IMG/VR virus record: IMGVR_UViG_3300025151_000016
Reading direction: 5' to 3' (one strand)
DNA length: 64,000 nucleotides
Source of the DNA: a virus
Shown here one piece after another: positions 18,086 through 28,871 of the stretch. Numbering within the stretch: the first letter of the stretch is position 1; the number at the start of each line of letters is the position of its first letter. A program made the position numbers and the translations under genes. The notes below the pieces were generated by a model that did no database searches, had not been told where the DNA came from, and was given only the letters and a program-made list of their open reading frames with translations.

Positions 18086-21000
18086 TATGTAGCCAGTGCA
18101 ATTACTCTTAAGTCTTGAATGACAGGAACTTTTGCACTACTTGTTGATCTAAATACAATCTTCAATTGATATGTTGTAAATGGTGTAAGTGTACCATTTA
18201 ATCCACCGACTAAGTAACGATACTCTCTGAAAATGTTTGGATTCTCGTCGGACGGTACTGAGTTTTCAGGATTAACTAAAGTGTAGTTTACATCACGAAT
18301 GTTTGTACCTTCATCAGCAGTTCTAAAATAAACTTGGAAGTCAGCAACAGAAGGTTTATTTGCAGCAATTAAGATACGTAAACCAACTGCAGTTTCTGCA
18401 AGTGAGATTGGAGTTGTAATGTGTTTAGCTAAATGCGAACCACCATCTGCATCAGTTTCATTTACAAAGATGAGAGGTGTGTTAAATCCAACCGTAGCTC
18501 TATCAGAATCTTGTTTATCAATTAAGTTATTAAATAAGCTAAGTGATGTACGTTGCATGTCTATAACCGGAGACACATTAACATTATTCGTGGAGAGACG
18601 AAGATTTATAGTTGCTGATTTAGCACTGATGTTTGCGGTTTCAACTACTGAATGACCAATCATTTTTGGTGCAGTTGCTATATTATTCGTATTGATAGCC
18701 AGTGAAGAGAACGCAGTATCTTTTACAAATCTAGTCTCAGTGCCAGCAGGTGATCTACCAGAAGTAAATTTACCAAATGCATTAAGTCTTGTTCCAGCCG
18801 AAGGAATCAAAGTTTGTACGTTTGGACTTACTACATCCCATAATACGTTACGAGTAGCTTCTACACCTGATCCACCAGCAACTATTGATGACGTGGCTGA
18901 GGAGTCGGCATACACTTTATATCCAAACTGATCTGGATGTGCAACTATTCTATTGCCCGTTATTGAAGAACCTAACATACCCGCAAAGGAACCAGCAGAA
19001 TCTATACCACTAAAGTTAACTGTATCACCTGAATCAAAACCATGATACGGATGACTTACTGTAAATATATTTGATCCTGAGTCAAAGTTAAACGGATCTG
19101 CAACTAATTCTCTTCTTGGTACTTGAGTATTTTCAAGAATTACTTCAGCTTCTTGATGCGAGAATCTTGCTTTAAATAATCTGAATGTCATATCTTTTGT
19201 TTGATCGGCTGACCATGTTCTACCATTTTGAGATTTAAACAAAGATCCTAATAATGGCTGGCGTGTAATACGTTTTTCGGTTGAACCAATAATGAATTCA
19301 CCAGGTTCAGCAACATAAACTGTGTAGTCAATTGTATCTGAAAGTAAACATAATGCATATTCCTCACCACCAGCGAGATACACTGGTTCTTCAAATACAA
19401 AGTCTGTACCATTTGCTAACATTGAAGCTTCTGTATTGCTTGGAACAACTGTAACTTGGTTCGGTGTTAATACTCTTAATCCACCAGGAACTGCTGTGTT
19501 TGCAGATGGGTGACCGTTAACCATTGGTCTTATTTCCAAAGCAACTGGAGCCGGGTTAGCACCACCAGAAACATCTGGTTTCGATGCAAAGTATACTCTT
19601 GCTTTTGTTAAGAATATCCCAGTAGTTTCTGCTACAAAGAATGATTGCGCAAGTGGATCTTTACCACCGGTACCACCACGATTTGTGACAGGTTCTGATG
19701 ATCCGCCACCATCATCTGGATCATCAGGCACTGTAACTACAGGAGTGTTAGTAACCACAGTCGATGTGTCTACAACGACTGGATCTGGTCTAGGTGGTGG
19801 AGGTGGAGGAGTAGTGTCTACTACTGATCTTTCGCCACGTACCGTAATTACTCGAGTACTTTGAATTGTTTGTTCAACTGTTTCAATTACACCATTTGCT
19901 TCATAAAATCCAGATGCCAAGGATGTAGAGTTTGCTGCTCTAGCTGAGTTAGCATTTGAAAGTCTAAACTCTCTACGTCCAGTTCTAAATCGAAGAGCAT
20001 TCGTGTTAGGAATAAAGAACGAACCTTCAATTACACCATTTGCATCAGATGTTAAAGATGTAGCACCGTCTGGGTGTGCTGTTGTATTTTGAAATCTATT
20101 ACCGAAATCTTCAGGATCATCTGACATACGAACGAATGTTTCTTCGCGAACAAAGTTATTAACATCTGTTTCGTCAAAGAAAGCAAAGTATTGCTGATTA
20201 GGTGTAAGACCAAACGCTCTAAAATGAATCATTCTAGATCTCATAAATGGTATGATAGCAACATCAACCACTCTTTCACCTACTACTTCACGAATCGTCT
20301 CATCACTCACAACTCTATCAGTTGTAGTGGTTTGAATAAATCCTTGAGAAGTTGTTTCGGTTGCAAACGTTGTTCCAGTTAGATCTTCTGAAGCTTCAGC
20401 TTGACCTTGCCAGTTCCATTGCCATTCGTTAAATAAGAGTGCGTTATCAGCAGCAAGTCTGTTTCCGCCATCAACTGCTCGTGGTGCAGTGAGTTCTGTT
20501 TCTCTCCACTCGTCTGATGCAGGTGAAAGTTCAATAACACCTTCGTTAATTGATACTGCAAATGGATTAATATTTTCTACGCCAGATGCTTCATCTTGAA
20601 AGATAAATTCAGCATCAGTATGAGCGATGTAGATATTATCACCCTTCTTAACTGCTTGAGTACTTAAATCTGAATCGTAAATTAAACGTACATTAGATTG
20701 AATAGCTTGAGGTCTTAATACTTTTGCTCTTGGATCAATAGCAGCAGAGTATACAGGATCTCTAATATCTGAGAATCTATGGTCTGCAAAGTTATCTGCT
20801 AAGAAACCTGCTTTAGTTCTTGGCAGTCCCGAAGAGTCAAACACTTGAAGGGTGTTTGTGTTAATCTCAAGTAGGTTCAGTGCAGTAACTTCTTCAAGGG
20901 TATTGATTCGCTTATCTAGCTGACCAATGTCTTTCATAGTGTATCGTTTATTATCAATAAGTTGAGTACCTAAGTCAGAATCATTTAATGTATTTGCATT

Positions 21001-23289
21001 TAAAGTAACTTTATATAGTTCTATAGCATTTGATGGTGTCTGTGGAAACTGTGGAGTAAAGTCTGCCGCACCTTGAATTAATTTAAGGTTTGCTTCCGTA
21101 TCAACTACTAGTTTATCTTTACGACCTAAGTAGTATGTTGCATCAAGCGTAATTAAATCTGTGTTCTTTGGAAGTGAATTAACTTTAGCAGTAGCACCAG
21201 AGAATCCAGTTCCAGCATCATTAACTCTTGGACGGAAGTCTAATACATCTCTGAGTTGTACAATATCACCATTAGCAAGAGTATGTGATGGAATATCTGC
21301 ATAGTTAATTGAATATGAGTTGACAGAAAAGAAGTCACCAGCACCATGTGCAAAGTGTCTAAATCTTGCAAACACATTTCCTGAAGGTACACCACGTCCA
21401 CTCTTAACTATAAGTTTACCTAAATCATAAAAGTTATCTCTTTGACCGTTATCAAACCTAAACGTAGATGTTAGATCATCACCATTTGAATCTATAGCAC
21501 GGATTCTTGAAACATCGAAGATGTCTGCTTTACCAAGATTTAAGAATTTAAGGCCAGCTCCATCTGAGTCTATTGTGCCTGTTACTGTAGTTTCGGTAAG
21601 TGTTTTTGCTCTTGATGTAGCAGCTGATTTATTTACAAACGCTAGAACTTCAAGGTTTGAGCTCGCTGCTCCTGTACCAGTAATTGTTGCTGTAGTTGTA
21701 CCAGCACCAGATATTGTAACTGCACTTGAAATATTTTGACCCGATGAGTCAATAGCAACTACCCAATCAGAAAGTCCTGCCCAGGTTTCTCCACCAGCTA
21801 ATAATCCTGAACCAAGAGAAGCGTTACCGGCACCGTCAGTTGTGATAGTAAATCTTTTTTGTGCTTCGTATGAAATGTCGGCAAGTGTTTTAGGTCTTGT
21901 ATTTGGAAGAGCAAAGAATAAATCATTGTTCGAAGCATCATTCAATACTGCAACATTGTTTGAAAGAACAAGGTTACCATAGTTAGCTGAGTCTGCAGCA
22001 ATACTTTTTACTGATCGGAAAGAGTTATTACCAGACATTTGTATATCGAATAAAGATAATTTATAAAGTACACCATCTTCTTCTACATTTCTAATTTTTG
22101 CAGTACCGATTGTAGTACCCTGGTTTGCAGCAGAATCTCTAAGATTCCATTGCTCCATTACATTTACATTTGGAGCACCTACTAATGAATCTACTTCAAT
22201 AAAGTTTCCATAGTTAGCCGCAACTACTTCATTATTAATTGTAGATGATGCCGTAGGTTTTTGAAAACGTATCTTTGTATGCTTATTGATAGCTGCTCTG
22301 TAACCATTAATATATGCAGTACCTTCACTTACATCAGCAATTAAATGTGTTGTAGCAGAATCTTCATCAAACTTAAGTTTAAAAGGGCGAACGATATAGT
22401 TACCTGATTCTTCTTTAGTACGAAGAGCCATGACTTCATTTATCTCATTATAACCAGAAGTTGCAGTAGCTTCATCGACAATCACAGAATTTTTAATCTC
22501 AGCAAGATAAACAAACATCTCATCCGAATCAACATTTGCTTCATCAATGAGTGTTAAACGAATTCTATATCTATCTGCACCAGGCGCTGAAGTGTTTGGT
22601 ACATCACCCTGGTTATCAAATAAAGCATTATCGTCAGTAGAAGTTACAACATCTTCAACTGCTTTAAATCCAATTGTGCCAGTAAAAGACGGAGAATACT
22701 TTTGTATGATTAATGATTGAGCATCCGCGAATACAAAATGGCCTTTTGCAAAGAAATCTCCACCAGCAATAGAGAAGCGTGTACCTCTACCAATTGCAGG
22801 ATTTGATGATGTGTTTGTTGTTTGAACTGTAAGTGTATTCGTTCCATCTGTTATGTTTTCACCGGGTGTCAGTCTCAACACTGCAGATGCAGATGACGCA
22901 TCACCAAGATATTGTACATATAAAGTTGCAGGATCAGATCCTGAAATTGCAACAGTTTCAAGAACCTTTACTCTTACGTTTGAAGATGCGCCAGTAAATA
23001 TATTTCCAACTATGGAACCTGATGGAAGAGCATTTGAAGTTGTGTTTAATTTTACAAATTCATAGTTTGTATTTAAAAGTGGTCCGCCTGGATTAACAGC
23101 AGCGCCTTCATTAAAGATGTTACGACCAAAACGCGCAATCTCTCTTTGGATGATAGTTTGCATCTGTGTTAATTCACGAGCCTGTAATGCTTTACCGCTG
23201 TTAAATAGAATTCTATGATAGTTATCACTATCTGCAAAATCATCTTTGTACGTGGTTGCGAATATATTTTGTGTTACTTTGCTGACCAT
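18085..23289 (-). CDS. Large baseplate/tail structural protein (VrlC / DUF4815-like)
   Basis: Y.DDF....YHRILF..G.ALQARELTQMQ N-term, RYTMKDIG.L..RI..LE, GFLADNF, DPLAQSF, GSLFKSQNG.TW...Q..D; follows gp8. Confidence 0.8.
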   Translation of the reverse strand: MVSKVTQNIFATTYKDDFADSDNYHRILFNSGKALQARELTQMQTIIQREIARFGRNIFNEGAAVNPGGPLLNTNYEFVKLNTTSNALPSGSIVGNIFTGASSNVRVKVLETVAISGSDPATLYVQYLGDASSASAVLRLTPGENITDGTNTLTVQTTNTSSNPAIGRGTRFSIAGGDFFAKGHFVFADAQSLIIQKYSPSFTGTIGFKAVEDVVTSTDDNALFDNQGDVPNTSAPGADRYRIRLTLIDEANVDSDEMFVYLAEIKNSVIVDEATATSGYNEINEVMALRTKEESGNYIVRPFKLKFDEDSATTHLIADVSEGTAYINGYRAAINKHTKIRFQKPTASSTINNEVVAANYGNFIEVDSLVGAPNVNVMEQWNLRDSAANQGTTIGTAKIRNVEEDGVLYKLSLFDIQMSGNNSFRSVKSIAADSANYGNLVLSNNVAVLNDASNNDLFFALPNTRPKTLADISYEAQKRFTITTDGAGNASLGSGLLAGGETWAGLSDWVVAIDSSGQNISSAVTISGAGTTTATITGTGAASSNLEVLAFVNKSAATSRAKTLTETTVTGTIDSDGAGLKFLNLGKADIFDVSRIRAIDSNGDDLTSTFRFDNGQRDNFYDLGKLIVKSGRGVPSGNVFARFRHFAHGAGDFFSVNSYSINYADIPSHTLANGDIVQLRDVLDFRPRVNDAGTGFSGATAKVNSLPKNTDLITLDATYYLGRKDKLVVDTEANLKLIQGAADFTPQFPQTPSNAIELYKVTLNANTLNDSDLGTQLIDNKRYTMKDIGQLDKRINTLEEVTALNLLEINTNTLQVFDSSGLPRTKAGFLADNFADHRFSDIRDPVYSAAIDPRAKVLRPQAIQSNVRLIYDSDLSTQAVKKGDNIYIAHTDAEFIFQDEASGVENINPFAVSINEGVIELSPASDEWRETELTAPRAVDGGNRLAADNALLFNEWQWNWQGQAEASEDLTGTTFATETTSQGFIQTTTTDRVVSDETIREVVGERVVDVAIIPFMRSRMIHFRAFGLTPNQQYFAFFDETDVNNFVREETFVRMSDDPEDFGNRFQNTTAHPDGATSLTSDANGVIEGSFFIPNTNALRFRTGRREFRLSNANSARAANSTSLASGFYEANGVIETVEQTIQSTRVITVRGERSVVDTTPPPPPPRPDPVVVDTSTVVTNTPVVTVPDDPDDGGGSSEPVTNRGGTGGKDPLAQSFFVAETTGIFLTKARVYFASKPDVSGGANPAPVALEIRPMVNGHPSANTAVPGGLRVLTPNQVTVVPSNTEASMLANGTDFVFEEPVYLAGGEEYALCLLSDTIDYTVYVAEPGEFIIGSTEKRITRQPLLGSLFKSQNGRTWSADQTKDMTFRLFKARFSHQEAEVILENTQVPRRELVADPFNFDSGSNIFTVSHPYHGFDSGDTVNFSGIDSAGSFAGMLGSSITGNRIVAHPDQFGYKVYADSSATSSIVAGGSGVEATRNVLWDVVSPNVQTLIPSAGTRLNAFGKFTSGRSPAGTETRFVKDTAFSSLAINTNNIATAPKMIGHSVVETANISAKSATINLRLSTNNVNVSPVIDMQRTSLSLFNNLIDKQDSDRATVGFNTPLIFVNETDADGGSHLAKHITTPISLAETAVGLRILIAANKPSVADFQVYFRTADEGTNIRDVNYTLVNPENSVPSDENPNIFREYRYLVGGLNGTLTPFTTYQLKIVFRSTSSAKVPVIQDLRVIALAT

Positions 23290-23302
23290 GTTTTAATAAC
23301 TC

Positions 23303-24625
23303 TTATAGTTGTACAATAATTTTAATGTCTTGTAGTTCTCCAGCTGATCTTGTAACCGCCGAGCGATTATCAACATAAAGAACCTCACCACTGTATCTAT
23401 TTATTGTCGCAGGTTGATCTGAATCGAGTGTGGCAGAACCTGTAACCGTAGCTCCTAATGCGTTCTGAGCAGTTAATGATTCTCCAGCTTGGAATGTTTT
23501 AAATCCTGATGTTTCTGTTTGATGATAAAATACTCCGGCTGCTGAATCAGCAGAAGTTACATAAGCTTTTGCTCCAGATGTGGCACCAACCACAAACGTA
23601 TCATTTGTAAATGCTGTTGCACCACCTTGGAATGTTAATTTACGAAGTGTTGAACCAGCGTTACCAGTAAAGTCTGAGTCGGTGGCTTTTATCTTTGGAT
23701 CACGTATTAATCCCACTTGTCTAAAATCTTGATCAAGTAATAATGCACCATTCTCATCAGCATCTGGTCTACCGTTAAACATAAGTGCACTTGATCTTAA
23801 ATCATTACGAGGATCTTTACCAATACCACCTGGAGTAGATAATATTGCTCTTGCTGAAGCTGCACCTGTTGAGAAGCTTACGTCAGCAAAACTATATCCA
23901 GATCCACGATTTGTCATTTCAAGCTTTACGACTTGACCGCCTGATATTGTAGCAGTCGCTTGTGCGGAATCTCCATCTCCAGTAATTGTAACTGTAGGTG
24001 TACCAGAATATCCTGATCCACCACCAGTCACAGCTAATCCTACAATCTCACCAGCAACTGCAGCATTTTGAACGTTTAACTGTAAAGTTTCAAGAGGATT
24101 TGACGCAGAGTCTAATAATTCTACTGGTTGAAAGTTGGCAGACAAGAATCGATTTGCTTTTAGAGCAGTGATTGAATACAAGTATTTCCATACATATCCA
24201 TCAGCAGTTGTAAAAGGTGTAGTTAAAGTGCCAGTTGGTTCAATCGTAGAAGTTACAGCAGCACCAGCTGAGTTTTTACCCTGTTGCAAGCAAATATAAA
24301 TTTGATTGGCATCTGTTTTTACATAGTAAGCATTTGACGGATAACTTGAAAAGTTATCGTCATAAGCGCTATATATTGAACCAGATGACCAATTGTAACG
24401 GGGAACAATATAAGAAACATCTTGTATTTTTTTAACGCCCTGTAATGATCGTCTAAATAAATCGATTGTTCTTGCTGATTGAACAGGTGTTACAACGTTA
24501 TCTGAATCATCCCATAGTTCGGAACGACCAAGACCAACGTAGTATTCGCTACCTGCGCTATCAAAGTCAGATTTTATTTCTGCAAGAAGATCTCTTTTAA
24601 GTGTATCAGTAATAATTGCTGGCAT
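23303..24625 (-). CDS. gp8: Baseplate wedge subunit gp8
   Basis: VPRYNW..G..Y..YDD, Y.CL, EPT, DGYVWKYLY, FRQVGLI.DP, SGEVLY.DNR..VTR....DIKIIVQL. Confidence 0.85.
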   Translation of the reverse strand: MPAIITDTLKRDLLAEIKSDFDSAGSEYYVGLGRSELWDDSDNVVTPVQSARTIDLFRRSLQGVKKIQDVSYIVPRYNWSSGSIYSAYDDNFSSYPSNAYYVKTDANQIYICLQQGKNSAGAAVTSTIEPTGTLTTPFTTADGYVWKYLYSITALKANRFLSANFQPVELLDSASNPLETLQLNVQNAAVAGEIVGLAVTGGGSGYSGTPTVTITGDGDSAQATATISGGQVVKLEMTNRGSGYSFADVSFSTGAASARAILSTPGGIGKDPRNDLRSSALMFNGRPDADENGALLLDQDFRQVGLIRDPKIKATDSDFTGNAGSTLRKLTFQGGATAFTNDTFVVGATSGAKAYVTSADSAAGVFYHQTETSGFKTFQAGESLTAQNALGATVTGSATLDSDQPATINRYSGEVLYVDNRSAVTRSAGELQDIKIIVQL

Positions 24626-24635
24626 ATTGTATCTC

Positions 24636-25571
24636 TTACGTAATTGTTAAGAAGTTGTCTGAATCACCAAATAAGTGCCAATTGGAACCAGTCCAAATGC
24701 ATTCAGCAGCTCCATTTTGGCTGAGTGTGAATGATGTACCTTGACCAAAGCTTGTAGGTGTAACTGTCGCTGCACCAGTATTAATATTTACAAACCTTTT
24801 AGATTCACCTACAACTACACCATTTGCCATTGTCATGGTCAAAGAACCAGTTGAGTTGAATAAAGTCAAAGGAACTAACAAAGAAACTGCACCAGAAGAT
24901 GTTTTTGTTTCTGATGAGTAAGCAACTTTACGTGTATGGCGAATAGCACCAGTACCTTTAGCTGCAAGATCTAAATTTATATTTGGATCATCACCTACTG
25001 CTGCTATGATTGGTGATCCTGTCGTAGCGGCATTTGTGATTGAAATATCATTAACTGCTGATGATGTGGCTGTAAAGCGAATTATCTCTGCGCCATTAGC
25101 ATCATTGATACCAGTATTAACGACTGGTGTACTTAATGTAGGTGATGTCAAAGTTTTATTTGTAAGTGTATCGGCTGTGGCTCTACCTACAAGTGTATCA
25201 GTTGATGTTGGTAATGTCAAAACTCCAGTATTTGATATGGTTGAAATAACTGGTGCAGTCAAAGTTTTATTTGTAAGTGTTTGAATTGCTGTAGTTAATA
25301 TTACATCTCCTGATGAATCTGGAAGAGTAATGGTATTATCTTTTGTTGGATTTGTAACACCTAATGTTGTTTCATGAGCATTAGCGCTATCGCCTTCAAA
25401 TATAATTCCAGCGGCTGTAAAACCTACGTTAGTAGATAAAGTAGCACTGTCTCCACCTAACTTTTCGTAAACTTCTATAAAGTTTTGATTAATCTTTTGA
25501 GCTGCATCGCGGAGCGTATCACCATCTCTGGCGTTTGCCGATGTGCCTCTACTAATCGCTTGTCTTGTCAT
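24636..25571 (-). CDS. Baseplate wedge/tail-fibre connector, gp9/gp10-like N-terminus
   Basis: GTSAN..DGDTLRDAAQKINQNF.EVY motif; TLTNKTLT repeats. Confidence 0.65.
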   Translation of the reverse strand: MTRQAISRGTSANARDGDTLRDAAQKINQNFIEVYEKLGGDSATLSTNVGFTAAGIIFEGDSANAHETTLGVTNPTKDNTITLPDSSGDVILTTAIQTLTNKTLTAPVISTISNTGVLTLPTSTDTLVGRATADTLTNKTLTSPTLSTPVVNTGINDANGAEIIRFTATSSAVNDISITNAATTGSPIIAAVGDDPNINLDLAAKGTGAIRHTRKVAYSSETKTSSGAVSLLVPLTLFNSTGSLTMTMANGVVVGESKRFVNINTGAATVTPTSFGQGTSFTLSQNGAAECIWTGSNWHLFGDSDNFLTIT

Positions 25572-25595
25572 GTTAGAATCCGTTTTTCTTTACAT

Positions 25596-25603
25596 TATTT
25601 ATA
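25596..25603 (-). promoter_or_regulatory. T4-type late promoter TATAAATA
   Basis: Exact consensus in intergenic gap. Confidence 0.8.
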
Positions 25604-25611
25604 ATAGATTT

Positions 25612-26574
25612 TTATGATATTTGAAGGGCATAGCCATCAGAATCACTATCCCAGAATTCATTTCTTGCTTGGTCTGTTGTTTCAACTGTATTAGACATTC
25701 TCATTGCAGCTGGTACAGTTGCTGCACTGTCTTCATCGAATGTAAATCCATCAGTAATCATAGTATCTTTAATGTTATTGTACATCGCAGCTGCTTGTTC
25801 GATTGACATAGTCTGATAAGAAGCAATCTGTTCGCCTATTGTAAATTTAACTTCTGAATCTGCAATTATTCCAATACCCGCCATTTCAGCATCAGCAGTT
25901 AGTGAAGCTAAACCAGTAGCACTAAACAATGGATCAGCAGAATCAGCAAAATTATCAGGCATGGCATTTACATCAAGATCACCAACACCAACTATTAGTG
26001 TTTGTGCACCGAGAAAAAATCCAGCAGGATGTACAAATGCTTTATATAGTTCTCTCCAAGTTGCAATTGGTATTTCCGATTTTACAAGAATAGAAAGAAT
26101 CTGATTTAGTGCGCCATCTTGAATAACTTTTTGATTTTCAAAACCAATTTCAGATTCACCTACAATAAATAAGTCTCGTTTCGGAAATGAAATTTCAACC
26201 TGTGAGTTAAAAAAAGCTCGAAAGAAACCTTCCGATGAATATAAAGAACCTTTGACTCGATAAAACTGTGATATAAGTGATGCTGCAAATCTTGGTTCTA
26301 AAAAGAAATTCTGATTTAAGATTCCTTGACCGAGTTCTTTTAAAATATTATCAAGAAAACTAATACTAGTGTCTTGAACATCACGAACATCATACATAGC
26401 ATGAATTGCTGATGCAAAATTAAATGTTGCGTCTGAATCCATAAATTCATAATATTTATCAAGAAACGTGATAAGTGTCGGATACTCTGATAGATAGTGT
26501 TCAGGTAAGACTTCGCTTACTTTACTTTCTCTAAAATTAAGAGGCTTTCTATCAAAGTCCGTTAAAGTTTTCAT
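25612..26574 (-). CDS. gp7: Baseplate wedge initiator gp7-like (short form)
   Basis: LP....EYP....FL..YYEFM, FYRVKGS, W...YK..VHPAGF; lies between gp6 and gp9/gp8. Confidence 0.65.
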   Translation of the reverse strand: MKTLTDFDRKPLNFRESKVSEVLPEHYLSEYPTLITFLDKYYEFMDSDATFNFASAIHAMYDVRDVQDTSISFLDNILKELGQGILNQNFFLEPRFAASLISQFYRVKGSLYSSEGFFRAFFNSQVEISFPKRDLFIVGESEIGFENQKVIQDGALNQILSILVKSEIPIATWRELYKAFVHPAGFFLGAQTLIVGVGDLDVNAMPDNFADSADPLFSATGLASLTADAEMAGIGIIADSEVKFTIGEQIASYQTMSIEQAAAMYNNIKDTMITDGFTFDEDSAATVPAAMRMSNTVETTDQARNEFWDSDSDGYALQIS

Positions 26575-28403
26575 GATAGAGCCGTCACCGTAGTTTCATA
26601 ATCCAATACACCACGAGCTGATGTTCTATTCGGATCTAAGTCTAAGATATAATTTCTTAGCGGTTTAACGGTTGATTGATTTGCTGGAACTGTTGTAAGT
26701 AAAATATCTGATCCAACTGAAATAGCAGTAGGAGCAAATCCAACTAGGTTTATTCTTCCTGTGTCTGGAAAGTACTGACCAATATTATCTACTTCAACAT
26801 TACCGTCAATATCAAGAATTTGTAATTTAGTTGAACTTAATTCGTTTTGTATTGTACACAACTTTCCGTTGAATGTAAAGGTGTTTGTTGTTATTTTTGC
26901 TGTTGCAGAATCTGGACTAGCTATTGGCATCGGAAGATAAATGTCATACGTACGAACAGTGCTTAGCGCTGGTGTAAACGATTGTCTTACTGTTACATCC
27001 ACTCTGCTGTTCAATACAGCTTCATCTAACTCATCAATGGTTGTAAGCAAGCTTGATCTTCTAAATATTCCACCGAATACTTTTAGATTTGTTGTAAAGA
27101 AATTTTGTACAGCAGTAATAACCTGAGATTCAACGATATTAACAGGTGTTGTTGATAAATTAGGGTTATAATTAAATGTTACGCTACAACCAATAAAAGC
27201 AGTAGTCGGATCCACAAACTTAGTATCAATTGACATGATTGATAAATTGTTTGTCAAATCATTTACAATATCATCTTTTACAATTTGTTGAGCTGCGGCG
27301 TCTACACCATCAGCAAATCTTAAAGCAACGAATGCTTTACCGTATTCTGGTGGCTCGTTATCTTCACCGCCCCAAGCAGATACGTCTGTTACAGATGAAA
27401 AGTTTTGTTTAATTAATCCTACATAGTCATTTGCAGTAACAAGTCTTTGTTGAGCTGCATATGCAATAGGTGCATTTTGACGAATAGATTCTATACTTTC
27501 TTTTGCCGCTCCACCTGTAGCAACAACTGCTGTGGATGCATTAAGAGTAAATGGACTTCCATCCATAGAAATAGTATTTTGTGGTGAGAAAGCTGTAGCA
27601 GTATTTGCCAGTTCACCGTTTGAACTAAGATAAGTTACGACAACTTTATTACCCGCTGTTGGAGCAAGACCAGTAGTTCTACCATCACCAAAATGTAGTT
27701 CAAAGAAACCGTTTGGAGCTTCGTGTATATCCCAATAAGTTGAGCTAGAAGTAACAGCAGTTGCTAAGTCTATATCAGTATATTGCGTAAATAGACTTGA
27801 ATTTGCACTTTCAAAAACTTTGACATCAAGAGTTGACGTGTCTGCATTAACGTCAGGAATTACGTGTATCTGTCTTTCTGTAGATTCAGCTATGTAGAAT
27901 GTTTTAGTAGTTGATACACCTTCAACAACAGGAATATTTAAAGATCCAGCTGTTGTTTTGAATTGATACACACCGTTGCCATCATCTGTAGCAGTGTGTG
28001 GAACTAATGTTTGAAACGTATATGAAACACCATCAACTGTTGCAGTAAACTGCGTGCCAGTTGGTAAAGTGGCAGTACCACTCCTACCGCCATTTGTATT
28101 TGTAATTTGTAAATTTAAAAATGCAGTGGCAGATGTTCTAGATCTTGGAGTATAACCAAGTGATTCTGCATGAGAAAGAACAGAGGATCTTAACTGCGCG
28201 GTAGTAAGGAAAGATTCATTTAAAGCAAAGTTTGCTATCAATCCATTGAAGTGTGTGTTATATGCCATAACATCGAGCAAGTTAGAAAGACCAGCTGCTT
28301 CGAAATCATAATCCGCAAACTCTGACTGTTGAGCAAAAAACGTTTTTAATTTATTTTTGATACTATCAAAGTCGAGTTGGGTAGATGTAATGTTTGTTGC
28401 CAT
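26571..28403 (-). CDS. gp6: Baseplate wedge subunit gp6
   Basis: LDFDSIK..LK, DYDFE..GL..LLD.MAYNTH, ESFL.TAQLRSSV, FGDG, Q.R.VT..DY, WGGEDN.PP.YGK.F. Confidence 0.92.
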   Translation of the reverse strand: MATNITSTQLDFDSIKNKLKTFFAQQSEFADYDFEAAGLSNLLDVMAYNTHFNGLIANFALNESFLTTAQLRSSVLSHAESLGYTPRSRTSATAFLNLQITNTNGGRSGTATLPTGTQFTATVDGVSYTFQTLVPHTATDDGNGVYQFKTTAGSLNIPVVEGVSTTKTFYIAESTERQIHVIPDVNADTSTLDVKVFESANSSLFTQYTDIDLATAVTSSSTYWDIHEAPNGFFELHFGDGRTTGLAPTAGNKVVVTYLSSNGELANTATAFSPQNTISMDGSPFTLNASTAVVATGGAAKESIESIRQNAPIAYAAQQRLVTANDYVGLIKQNFSSVTDVSAWGGEDNEPPEYGKAFVALRFADGVDAAAQQIVKDDIVNDLTNNLSIMSIDTKFVDPTTAFIGCSVTFNYNPNLSTTPVNIVESQVITAVQNFFTTNLKVFGGIFRRSSLLTTIDELDEAVLNSRVDVTVRQSFTPALSTVRTYDIYLPMPIASPDSATAKITTNTFTFNGKLCTIQNELSSTKLQILDIDGNVEVDNIGQYFPDTGRINLVGFAPTAISVGSDILLTTVPANQSTVKPLRNYILDLDPNRTSARGVLDYETTVTALS

Positions 28404-28404
28404 G

Positions 28405-28848
28405 TTATCTTAACCTTGTTATTGTTGTTTCGAATACAACAATTTCTTCTGTATTGATTACTTGAAATTCAAGAGTAATCTGAACATTATTATTATCCAA
28501 GTATGATTGAACTTTTAAACTACGTACTGTCGCTCTAGGTTCATAATTTTCAATTGCTTGCCTGATTCTAATATTAATATCTTCCGCAGTTTCATCATCA
28601 GCCAGTTCAAACAAGAGTCCTTGAACACCTGCACCGAATCTAGGTGCAAATGGTTTTTCATTAAAGTCAGTAAGAATTAAATTTTTAATTGCTTGTTTTA
28701 CTGCCGCAGCTTCAGTCTTTTTATATACATCACCACTTGGACGATTTGCAAACGTCAGGTCGATATCTTTATAAATTTTATTTCTTGTCGTAACGAGTGC
28801 CTTTGCTGCAAGGTTACCGTCTTCGACTGAAAATGCTCTACTGACCAT
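28405..28848 (-). CDS. gp25: Baseplate wedge subunit gp25
   Basis: YKDIDL.F...AVKQAIKNL.LT...EKPF.P.FG...LFE...I...I.NYEPR. Confidence 0.9.
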   Translation of the reverse strand: MVSRAFSVEDGNLAAKALVTTRNKIYKDIDLTFANRPSGDVYKKTEAAAVKQAIKNLILTDFNEKPFAPRFGAGVQGLLFELADDETAEDINIRIRQAIENYEPRATVRSLKVQSYLDNNNVQITLEFQVINTEEIVVFETTITRLR

Positions 28849-28871
28849 AAGATTCTCTTATTCTTTCGTAT

